Position numbers and translations under genes: made by a program. A stretch of DNA of 64,000 nucleotides from an uncultured Desulfobacterales bacterium (GTDB taxonomy: Bacteria > Desulfobacterota > Desulfobacteria > Desulfobacterales > B30-G6). The stretch is taken from NCBI GenBank assembly GCA_964633115.1, contig CAZWEO010000004.1, positions 276 through 64,275 of the forward strand. The letters run 5' to 3'. Under the pieces are notes generated by a model that did not search any database, had not been told where the DNA came from, and saw nothing but the letters and a program-made list of their open reading frames with translations. Of the stretch, positions 39,607-47,536 are shown piece by piece (position 1 is the first letter of the stretch; every line of letters begins with the position of its first letter).

Positions 39607-41190
39607 ATGCGTGTATTATTAATTAACCCTTATTACCCTATTTCGGAAACCCCCTCACCGCCCCTGGGACTCGCCTTTCTGGCTGGCGCACTGGAAGCCG
39701 CCGAAATTGAAGTTAAGATTCTGGATTTAGTAGTCTATCCCTACGCCAAACAGAATCTTGAACAAGTTATTTCAGATTTTGAGCCCCACTTGATTGGGGC
39801 CACTGCCGTAACCATGAATTTCAACCACGCTGCCAGTGTATTGCAGGATGTTAAATCATTGGCGCCAAATATCGTCACGGTAATGGGCGGGCCCCATGTT
39901 AGCTTTTGCGCTCACGATACTTTAGCGAACTGCTCGCAAATCGATGTAATTGTCGTGGGTGAAGGCGAGGACACCCTCCTAGAATTGGCCAAGTCCTACC
40001 AGGACAGACAGTTTTGGGACCAGATCAAAGGAATGGCCTTTCGAACTCAGAATGGTGTTATATCAACGCCGCCCAGGGAACCGATTGCCAATATTGACGA
40101 CCTCCCAGAACCGGCCAGACATCTGATCCCCCTGGTACGCTATCGTGCCCTTGGTCTGCCCATCAGCATGACCACCAGCCGGGGCTGCCCATTTAAATGT
40201 ATATTCTGCGTCGGTCGAAAAATGGTCGGTGGCAAGGTCCGTTACCGCAATCCCAAAAAAGTCGTGGATGAACTGGCATACCTTAAGTCACTCGATTTTC
40301 ATCAGATCAATATCGCCGACGATCTCTTTACAGCTTCCAAAAAACACTGCTTGGCTGTCTGTGACGAAATCATCCGGCGACAGTTAGATGTGCAATGGAC
40401 TTCCTTTGCCCGGGTTGATACAGTTTCAAAATCACTCTTGGAACGCATGCATCAGGCTGGGTGTACAGCCGTCAGCTTCGGTGTTGAATCGGGCAGCCCT
40501 GAAATTCTCAAGCGTATCAAAAAAGGCATCCGCCTGGATCAGGTAATAGACGCGGTGAACCTGTGCAATCAGGTGGGTGTCACACCCCAGGCGTCCTTTA
40601 TCCTGGGATTACCGGGCGAAAATGAGCAAACCCTCCAAGAAACAGTTAGCTTTGCCGAACGGCTCAAGGGCATGGGGGTTCTACACGGCTATCACCTGTT
40701 GGCGCCCTTTCCCGGTACCGATGTTCGCGAAAACCAGCATCAATATGACCTTCAAATCATGAGTCATGATTGGGATGACTATCATGCCAATTGCGCCATT
40801 ATACGGACAGCGGCAATCGATCAGCAAAGACTTGATGGGATCGTCAAAGAATGGCAGGATCACTTTGATACTTGGTTGGATGACATTAAGAAACGTCGCG
40901 ACCGCGGAACGGCCTCTGAAGAGGAGGCCTGGCCCCTGACCAACCTAGAACACATTATTTTAATATACGATCTAATGATGAAGTCGGTTATCGAAAACAT
41001 GGAAACGGTGCCACGCAACGCAGCCGTAGATGATCTCAACCTGGAAAACCTCGTGATCCAAATCAACGGGCAGATGGACCACTCCGAAACCCAAATCCGA
41101 AACTCCCTGCAGTACGCTATTCAAAGAAATTATTTAGCTCGGGTACAAGCTGGTGGACATTATCACTGGGAATGGATAGATTATCTGTAG
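39607..41190 (+). CDS. B12-binding-domain radical SAM protein
   Basis: MRVLLINPYYP... is an N-terminal cobalamin-binding-type domain. SRGCPFKCIFC is a CX3CX2C radical SAM motif. The ORF track start at 39565 is probably too early. Confidence 0.85.
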   Translation: MRVLLINPYYPISETPSPPLGLAFLAGALEAAEIEVKILDLVVYPYAKQNLEQVISDFEPHLIGATAVTMNFNHAASVLQDVKSLAPNIVTVMGGPHVSFCAHDTLANCSQIDVIVVGEGEDTLLELAKSYQDRQFWDQIKGMAFRTQNGVISTPPREPIANIDDLPEPARHLIPLVRYRALGLPISMTTSRGCPFKCIFCVGRKMVGGKVRYRNPKKVVDELAYLKSLDFHQINIADDLFTASKKHCLAVCDEIIRRQLDVQWTSFARVDTVSKSLLERMHQAGCTAVSFGVESGSPEILKRIKKGIRLDQVIDAVNLCNQVGVTPQASFILGLPGENEQTLQETVSFAERLKGMGVLHGYHLLAPFPGTDVRENQHQYDLQIMSHDWDDYHANCAIIRTAAIDQQRLDGIVKEWQDHFDTWLDDIKKRRDRGTASEEEAWPLTNLEHIILIYDLMMKSVIENMETVPRNAAVDDLNLENLVIQINGQMDHSETQIRNSLQYAIQRNYLARVQAGGHYHWEWIDYL

Positions 41191-41260
41191 CATTGCAAAA
41201 AACCAAATTTCCGATCGACAGATTAGATCAGGTTTTCAACATAGATCGTATTAATTTCTA

Positions 41261-41881
41261 ATGAAGATTCTCGTATTTCAACAAAACCAAAGTGGTGAAA
41301 GTAAAATCGCTGGGATTCGCAAATATGGCGGCGATCAATTTGAAATTATCACTATTTCCATCGACGCAGAACTGCCCCCTATCATCGATGATGCCCGCGA
41401 GTACTTGCCCCAGCATATCGAAGCCGACCTGGTACTCGATTTTTTAAAACATCCGGACCTCTCGCACGATCTGGCCAGGCTGTGTGCAGACCAGGAAATC
41501 CCGGTGGTTGCATCCGGCAAAAAGCATTCCGGAACCTGTGTTATCACCCCGCCCACCTGATGCGGCCTTTCCAGGCCGGGCTGCTTGGGAAGCTATGAGG
41601 AACGTTTTGGTGCACCAGAGGTGGATGTTGATGTTGTCGACGGTAAGATTCAACGCATAACTGTCACGCGGGGCGCACCATGTGGCGCCACATGGGAAGC
41701 GGCCCAAAAAATGATTAGTAAAGATGCGGCCGATGCCCCCACACGCTTTGGCTTGGAAGTTCAATTTTTCTGCAGTGCCGATCCGGCTGGATGGGATCCC
41801 ATCCATGGCAAAAGCCCGGTTCACTTTGCGGGCCACATTCATCAGGCCGCGCTCAAAAAGGCACTCAAAAATAAATCCTAA
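41261..41881 (+). CDS. DUF166-like protein, probable selenoprotein (in-frame TGA at 41558-41560 read as Sec)
   Basis: ORFs 41261..41560 and 41585..41881 are in the same frame, separated only by one TGA and 8 sense codons. Read-through gives 206 aa with ...VITPPT-U-CGLSRPGC... The later GAPCGATW, FFCSADP and VHFAGHI blocks look like DUF166. A SECIS-like hairpin follows the TGA. Confidence 0.6.
41567..41592 (+). promoter_or_regulatory. Candidate bacterial SECIS hairpin for the TGA at 41558
   Basis: C TTTCCAGG CCGGGCTG CTTGGGAA G: a 9-bp stem (including 2 G-U pairs) with an 8-nt loop. The loop GGG lies 18-20 nt after the TGA. Confidence 0.5.
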
Positions 41882-41917
41882 CTTAATCGTTGTACGATTA
41901 GATTAGGATTTATTTTT
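41867..41917. terminator. Bidirectional terminator / long palindrome shared by the convergent DUF166 and pspF genes
   Basis: AAAAATAAATCCTAACTTAATCG ttgta CGATTAGATTAGGATTTATTTTT. Both stop codons (41879-81 and 41903-05) lie within the arms. It contains the AATCGT-N3-ACGATT core. Confidence 0.75.
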
Positions 41918-42955
41918 TAGCGCAGCTGCATGCTTTTTTAGCAAACCCCTCACTTGATCATAGGTCAAACCCAGTTTGTGAGCAGCTTTTTTTTGATTAT
42001 AATGGGTGCTTTCAAGTGCTGTCTTTAGCATTCTAATTTCCAGTGTTTTAACGGCGTCTTTAAAAGGCATGCTGGTCAGATCGGTTGGGACTGGGTGCGA
42101 TATGGATTGGTTAGCTTCGGAAATTGCTGGCCTTGCCACGAGCCCATAAGGTGATTGGAACGGATTGAAATCAATATCTGTTATGGCGCTACCCACAGTC
42201 TTATAAACTGCGCGCTCGATCACATTCTTCAATTCACGCACATTACCTTTCCAGGCATAGTCCTCCAGAAGGGTCATTGCATTTTCACTGAAATCCGGTG
42301 GTTCCTCGCGACCGAGTTCAAAGGCCATCCGCGCAGCAAAATGGTTGGCCAATAAGCGGATGTCCGCTTCCCGTTTGCGTAAGGGCGGTAAAAAAAGTAC
42401 TTCAAAGGAGATGCGATCCAATAAATCACGTTTAAATAAACCTCTAGCGGTCAAGGCCACCAAATCCACATTGGTGGCGCCCACCAAACGAACATCTGCT
42501 TCAACTGGAACGGAGCCACCCACGCGTTCAAAGCTACCGTATTCAACTACCCTTAGTATTTTCTCTTGCACTTCCAAGGGTGTATTGCCAATTTCATCCA
42601 GAAACAGGGTGCCGCCGTCGGCAGCCTCAAAACGCCCTTTGCGGGACTGGGTTGCACCCGTGAAGGCTCCCTTTTCATGCCCAAACAATTCTGTTTCAAT
42701 CAATGTCGGGCTTAAAGCAGCACAATTCAATGTTACCAGGGGTTCCTGCCAGCGGGGTGACAGGTAATGTAGCCGCAGGGCGGCCAACTCTTTACCGGTT
42801 CCGCGCTCGCCCATCAACAACACCGGTCGATTGACTGGTGCAACCTTGGAAAGTGATTCCTGAAAAAGAATAAAGGCATCCGATTGTCCAATTGCGTCGG
42901 TTGCCATCCGCGGAGTGGCAATTTTTGATGATGAATGTTCCATGTAATTAACCAC
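41903..42955 (-). CDS. pspF: PspF, sigma-54-dependent activator of the psp operon (no receiver domain)
   Basis: AAA+ domain with GERGTGKE and the GAFTGA loop (EKGAFTGA), plus a C-terminal HTH. It is divergent from pspABC. The start is the GTG at 42955 or the ATG at 42943. Confidence 0.85.
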   Translation of the reverse strand: MVNYMEHSSSKIATPRMATDAIGQSDAFILFQESLSKVAPVNRPVLLMGERGTGKELAALRLHYLSPRWQEPLVTLNCAALSPTLIETELFGHEKGAFTGATQSRKGRFEAADGGTLFLDEIGNTPLEVQEKILRVVEYGSFERVGGSVPVEADVRLVGATNVDLVALTARGLFKRDLLDRISFEVLFLPPLRKREADIRLLANHFAARMAFELGREEPPDFSENAMTLLEDYAWKGNVRELKNVIERAVYKTVGSAITDIDFNPFQSPYGLVARPAISEANQSISHPVPTDLTSMPFKDAVKTLEIRMLKTALESTHYNQKKAAHKLGLTYDQVRGLLKKHAAALKNKS

Positions 42956-43063
42956 TAATTCGTTTATTTTACCATTTATTGGTTAATAATACCACATCAT
43001 CCAAAGCGTGTCAATTTATACTTTATATTATTATTTCAAATAGTTATATTAAACATGTAACCT

Positions 43064-43079
43064 TGGCATGCATTATGCT
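43064..43079 (+). promoter_or_regulatory. Sigma-54 (-24/-12) promoter of pspABC
   Basis: TGGCATGCATTATGCT. GG is at 43065-66 and GC at 43077-78, exactly 12 nt apart, about 110 nt upstream of the pspA ATG. Confidence 0.65.
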
Positions 43080-43187
43080 CATAATAATTTTTCAATAGGC
43101 CACGAAATGCAGTTGATTTTGCTTGCCGGCACAGAATCAGCTGTAGTCAATCGAACCTGAAATGCACTAAAATCCGGAGGTTTTAAA

Positions 43188-43871
43188 ATGGGTATTTTTA
43201 CACGATTTCGAGATATCGTCAGTTCCAACATGAATGCCATGCTGGATAAGGCCGAAGACCCTGAAAAACTGATTAAACTCATGATACGGGAAATGGAGGA
43301 TACCCTTATCGAATTGAAGGCCGCCTGTGCTGGCGTCATTGCCAGTCGCAAGAAACTACAGCGACGGCTCGACAATGTTGCCGCCCGCAAGGACCAATGG
43401 CAAGCCCGGGCCAACCTGGCTGTGGATAAAGGTCGGGATGACTTGGCTCGCGAAGCCCTCAATGAAAAACGGCGATTTGCAGATCTGGCCGACTCTCTGC
43501 ATGAGGAGCTCTTGGAACATGAGGATATGGTTACCAAATATCAAGAAGACATTCGACTCCTGGAAAGCAAGCTGGATTCCGCTAGAGAGAAACAGCGCAT
43601 GCTGATTCAGCGCCATATCCACGCCCGCAGAAAAAAACGTGCCCAAGAAGAAATTCGCCGCATGGATAATTTCGAAGCCATCGCCCGCTTCGATGATCTG
43701 GAAAACCGTATCGAACGCATGGAGGCTGAGGCCGATTTGGTCAATTTCGGTAAAAAGCCAACTATCGAAGAAGAATTTGACAATTTGATGATGGATGATG
43801 ATATAGAGAAAGAACTCGCGGCCCTAAAGTCCGTACGTAAAAAATCATCAACCGATTCCGAAACAGCCTAA
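43188..43871 (+). CDS. pspA: Phage shock protein A
   Basis: MGIFTRFRDIVSSNMNAMLDKAEDPEKLIKLMIREMEDTL... is a near-canonical PspA N-terminus and coiled coil. Confidence 0.95.
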   Translation: MGIFTRFRDIVSSNMNAMLDKAEDPEKLIKLMIREMEDTLIELKAACAGVIASRKKLQRRLDNVAARKDQWQARANLAVDKGRDDLAREALNEKRRFADLADSLHEELLEHEDMVTKYQEDIRLLESKLDSAREKQRMLIQRHIHARRKKRAQEEIRRMDNFEAIARFDDLENRIERMEAEADLVNFGKKPTIEEEFDNLMMDDDIEKELAALKSVRKKSSTDSETA

Positions 43872-43922
43872 GTAACGCAGTGTCTGTGGGAATCGGCAAT
43901 CATCATTTGGGAGTACAACCAT

Positions 43923-44165
43923 ATGAACGCTGTCATCATCGTATCCATCGTTTTCACTAGCCTCGTACTCATATTCGGGATTTTGGCAGGTACCATATTA
44001 ACGATTATTAAAATGCGACATGGCGGTGTTTCCCGCAAAGGCCGCAAACGATACGATGAGGAAACCAAGATGATCCAGGAAATCTATCATAATCTTTCCA
44101 ATATGGAAAAACGTGTGGAAAGCCTGGAAACCATTCTCATGGAAGGAAAGGATAAAACACCATGA
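43923..44165 (+). CDS. pspB: Phage shock protein B
   Basis: 80 aa with a single N-terminal TM helix, then ...EETKMIQEIYHNLSNMEKRVESLETIL. It follows pspA. Confidence 0.85.
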   Translation: MNAVIIVSIVFTSLVLIFGILAGTILTIIKMRHGGVSRKGRKRYDEETKMIQEIYHNLSNMEKRVESLETILMEGKDKTP

Positions 44166-44548
44166 GCAGATTCAAATATATCAATGGTCGCGGCATCTAT
44201 CGCTCCCGCAATGGGATCATACTGGGTGTCTGTCAAGGCCTGGCCGAACATTTCGATTTCAAACCCTTTTGGATCCGTGCCATCGTTCTGATCATATTTC
44301 TAGCCAGCGGTGTATGGCCCATACTGGTACTATATTTCGTGGCTGCTTTTCTCATGAAACCAGAACCGGTCCGACCGATTGAAACCGAGGCCGAGCAAGA
44401 ATTTTATGATAGCTATACCACCTCTAGCCAACGCGCAACCAGCCGCATAAAGCGGCGCTACCAAAACCTGGATCAGCGCATCCGACGCATGGAAGACGTG
44501 GTCACGGCACGCGAATTCGAATGGGATCGCAAATTCAACGGATCATAA
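44162..44548 (+). CDS. pspC: Phage shock protein C
   Basis: IYRSRNGIILGVCQGLAEHFDFKPFWIRAIVLI is the PspC domain. The start overlaps the pspB stop (ATGA). Confidence 0.85.
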   Translation: MSRFKYINGRGIYRSRNGIILGVCQGLAEHFDFKPFWIRAIVLIIFLASGVWPILVLYFVAAFLMKPEPVRPIETEAEQEFYDSYTTSSQRATSRIKRRYQNLDQRIRRMEDVVTAREFEWDRKFNGS

Positions 44549-44572
44549 AATCGTGTTCCACGATTTTATATA
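44547..44572 (+). terminator. Intrinsic terminator after pspC
   Basis: AAAATCGTG ttc CACGATTTT, followed by ATATAT. This is an N5 variant of the AATCGT/ACGATT dyad. Confidence 0.7.
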
Positions 44573-44732
44573 TCGCGACGCTGTCGCTCCTAATTGAGGG
44601 GTTTATCCGCCTTTGGTTTGGCAGGCTAAAATCTCTATCCCGTGACAAGATATCGGGTATTTCGGGATTATTACCAAAATTCATCGCATTTCGGCACCGC
44701 ACTTTCTTATCACATTAGGACCTTATATGACA

Positions 44733-44791
44733 ATTTGAATTCATCCCACGCTGTTTACTGCGGTCGCTGCAAAGCAGCGGGGAATTCAAAT
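44733..44791. repeat. 59-nt imperfect palindrome upstream of the acyltransferase gene
   Basis: The outer arms ATTTGAATTC / GAATTCAAAT are perfect over 10 bp. The inner part contains CGCTGC aaa GCAGCG and CCC/GGG pairs. Confidence 0.75.
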
Positions 44792-44877
44792 TCAAATCAT
44801 GGCATTTTTTTCACTAGTTGCCGAGTGGGTTCGTACGTCCAAAATAATCATTCTCCAAAATAGTAAGGGTAGAGAAA

Positions 44878-46656
44878 ATGACGACACCAACATCACAAAG
44901 AATGTATGAACTGGACTGGCTGCGTGTGCTGGCCATTGGGGTGGTCTTTCTGTATCACAGCACCCGTTTTTTTAATCTAGGCGACTGGCATGTCAAAAAT
45001 ATTGACACCTATATTTGGGTGGAAATGTGGAATGTGTTTGCTACCCGCTGGATGATGCCGCTCTTTTTCGTCATCTCCGGATCAGGCCTTTTCTATGCCC
45101 TGGGCAAGTCCGACGGTTTTGGAAAATTCTGTCAAAATAAGTTTCTACGGCTGATGATTCCGGTATTGGTCGCATCGCTTACCCACAGTGCTTTGCAAGT
45201 TTACCTGGAGCGATTGACCCATGGACAGTTTTCTGGATCCTTTTTTGCATTCCTGCCCGAATACTTTAACGGCCCTTACATGGGCATTGGTATACCAGGC
45301 AATTTTGCTTTTCACGGGATGCATCTTTGGTATTTGTTATTTCTATTCCTCTTTAGTCTGCTTTGCTATCCTTTGTTTATCTGGTTTAAAGCCAGTGGGC
45401 AGGGGGTACTGGATCGGGTTACATCCATATTTGCCTTGCCCGGATTCATGTATCTATGTTTTCCGCTACCGCTCTTGATCATGAAGGCCGTGATACCTCA
45501 GGCTATTTTAAATGTCGGCAATGGTGGCTGGGGATTTCTGTATTACATCTGGTTTTTGATCGCAGGCTTCCTGATTGCGTCCAATGTAAAGCTAAAACAA
45601 CAAATAAAGAATCTGTGCTGGGTATCGCTCCTGCTGGGTTTTGGTTTTTCGGCCGCATACCTATATCTGATGTTCTGGCCGACGCGTGCGGTGCTACCCT
45701 TTTTGGGCAGTGACTGGGTCTACACCACCCTCTCTTTCTGGAGTGCCTGGCTCTGGTTATTGGCTATCCTTGGTTTGGGTATGCACTTTCTCTCTTTTGA
45801 TCGTCCCATTCTGCAAAAAGCCAATGAGGGCGTGATGCCCTTTTATATCCTGCACCAGACGGTCTTATTGGCTTTAGGTGTTTTCGTCGTAACCTGGCAG
45901 ATTCATGATGCCGCCAAATGGGCCATTGTGTTCACCGGTTCCCTTGTCATTATTATAGTCCTGCAAACACTTGTTGTTCAGCGCTTTGATTTGCTGCGAT
46001 TTTTGTTTGGAATGAAAACAAACCGCCCCGTTTTCCAGATCTTTGAGAAGTGGCGTACCCTGGCTCCTTTGCATATACTGTTTGTCGGTTTGATTGTCTT
46101 TGCGGCTATCAATCCATTCAGCCAGGCTGACCAAGGACACGCGGCCATGCCTTTGCAGTATAATCCGGACCAGGATATATTGCTGAACTGCCAATCCATA
46201 ACCAATCAGTCGACAACCGGAGTGGGTGTGGTCCCAGACGGAGATGCGTCCATTGGCCGGGCCATCGTATTTTCTTCGGGTGCAAATCAGCGAGTGGCCG
46301 CTCAGCCATCGGTTTATTTCAACATGCATTTTAAGGCACCGGCCGGCCGTTATGTCGTCTGGCTAAGGGGTAAATGCGAAGTAGACAACGGCTACACCGA
46401 TTCGGTCTGGCTTCAGGTAGATGACCACATCGGGACGCCCCATGGCGGACTGCGCATGGGCAACTGGTTTGATGTCCAACCCCCCGGCGTCTATAAGTGG
46501 GCCAGTGACAGCCATCATCCCAAAGCTATAATTTTAAAGCACAATGGTGACCACCGGATCCGGATCCAACCACGGCAAACACCGCATCGGATCGATCAGA
46601 TTTGGCTGAGTCGTTTTCAACATAGCAGGCCCACCAGCCTAAACCCCATAAAATAA
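44878..46656 (+). CDS. Acyltransferase family 3 membrane protein with a C-terminal beta-rich soluble domain
   Basis: MYELDWLRVLAIGVVFLYHSTRFF is an acyltransferase_3 start and is followed by about 10 TM helices. The last ~170 aa are hydrophilic (YVVWLRGKCEVDNGYTDSVWLQVDD...), like a carbohydrate-binding/malectin-type module. Confidence 0.8.
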   Translation: MTTPTSQRMYELDWLRVLAIGVVFLYHSTRFFNLGDWHVKNIDTYIWVEMWNVFATRWMMPLFFVISGSGLFYALGKSDGFGKFCQNKFLRLMIPVLVASLTHSALQVYLERLTHGQFSGSFFAFLPEYFNGPYMGIGIPGNFAFHGMHLWYLLFLFLFSLLCYPLFIWFKASGQGVLDRVTSIFALPGFMYLCFPLPLLIMKAVIPQAILNVGNGGWGFLYYIWFLIAGFLIASNVKLKQQIKNLCWVSLLLGFGFSAAYLYLMFWPTRAVLPFLGSDWVYTTLSFWSAWLWLLAILGLGMHFLSFDRPILQKANEGVMPFYILHQTVLLALGVFVVTWQIHDAAKWAIVFTGSLVIIIVLQTLVVQRFDLLRFLFGMKTNRPVFQIFEKWRTLAPLHILFVGLIVFAAINPFSQADQGHAAMPLQYNPDQDILLNCQSITNQSTTGVGVVPDGDASIGRAIVFSSGANQRVAAQPSVYFNMHFKAPAGRYVVWLRGKCEVDNGYTDSVWLQVDDHIGTPHGGLRMGNWFDVQPPGVYKWASDSHHPKAIILKHNGDHRIRIQPRQTPHRIDQIWLSRFQHSRPTSLNPIK

Positions 46657-46767
46657 ATCATACCCACCGTACTGGGTGCCGAGTCGGTATAAACCATGCG
46701 GCCCGGCGCCCTCACCATCTCCCCAAAAGGCCCGCCAACTTTTCCAGATTGTTGGCAAATATAGAGC

Positions 46768-46869
46768 GTTTGTCAGAATCTCACATAAATCTGGGCCGTT
46801 AAGTAAAAGCCTTTACTTATTAAAACAATTCTCAATCGGAACATATTCATTAGAAACAACCGGTATAAA
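46768..46869 (+). repeat. Intergenic repeat, copy 1 (about 100 nt)
   Basis: GTTTGTCAGAATCTCACATAAATCTGGGCCGTTAAGTAAAAGCCTTTACTTATTAAAACAATTCTCAATCGGAACA...CAACCGGTATAAA. By eye it is about four-fifths identical to 51095..51190. Confidence 0.8.
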
Positions 46870-47015
46870 TTCATTCAATCCCAAATAATTCAGTTCATCA
46901 CCCTATATGTCATCCGGTCGCATAAGCCTGGATAAATCTTTTGCCAAAGGTCATACTCACGGCCAACCATGTCAAAAACGATACCCATTCACCGTGTCTA
47001 AAAAAGGAGTCAGGC

Positions 47016-47462
47016 ATGAACATCCTAAAAAAAACAAACTGTGTTGTCTTAATCTGCTTGTTTTGTCTCGCTTACGGTGGCCCTCTGGCTGCTGAAACTC
47101 TGGGTACACTCATTGTCGGGATTGACGGTTTTCCGAGTTCCGAAGGTTATGCCATGGTCGCTATTTTTAATTCCGAGTCGGCTTACAAGGAAGGTACGCC
47201 CAGGGCGGCCCAGGCAAAGATTAAGGTGGTGGACCAGGAAGCAAGGGCCGAATTCAAAGGGCTGCCCTACGGCACCTATGCCGTGGCCATGTTTCATGAT
47301 CGCAACGCCAACGGCAAAATGGATAAAAATGCCATGGGCATTCCCAAAGAACCTTACGGCCACTCTAACAATGCCCGGGGAATCCTGGGACCTCCTTCTT
47401 ATAAAAAGGCAAAATTTGAACTGAACCGTCCGCAAAAAGAGATTCACATCAGTTTGGATTAA
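47016..47462 (+). CDS. DUF2141 domain protein (exported)
   Basis: The ATG at 47016 is preceded by AAAGGAG. A signal peptide is followed by GTLIVGIDGF...GYAMVAIFNSE...LPYGTYAVAMFHDRNANGKMDKNAMGIPKEPYGHSNN, which is the DUF2141 pattern. Confidence 0.75.
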   Translation: MNILKKTNCVVLICLFCLAYGGPLAAETLGTLIVGIDGFPSSEGYAMVAIFNSESAYKEGTPRAAQAKIKVVDQEARAEFKGLPYGTYAVAMFHDRNANGKMDKNAMGIPKEPYGHSNNARGILGPPSYKKAKFELNRPQKEIHISLD

Positions 47463-47536
47463 CTTACAAAAGTAAACCTTTATTAATCCGAGTATTGCCT
47501 GTTCTTGGCTTCGCTATACGATAGGAGAAATCTGTT

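Noticed and set aside
44691-44707. Sigma-54-like GGCAC-N5-TTTCT upstream of the acyltransferase gene
   Set aside because: The -12 position reads TC instead of the invariant GC. No nearby enhancer-binding protein other than PspF exists.
44760-44791. Possible CRISPR repeat (GTCGCTGCAAAGCAGCGGGGAATTCAAAT)
   Set aside because: Only a single inverted pair exists, with no repeat-spacer periodicity and no cas genes in the window. I report it only as a palindromic element.
46676-46888. 70-aa ORF covering repeat copy 1 (shared peptide ISHKSGPLSK in both copies)
   Set aside because: The second copy hits a stop after 18 codons, and an indel shifts the frame. Conservation is at the nucleotide level, so it is treated as non-coding.
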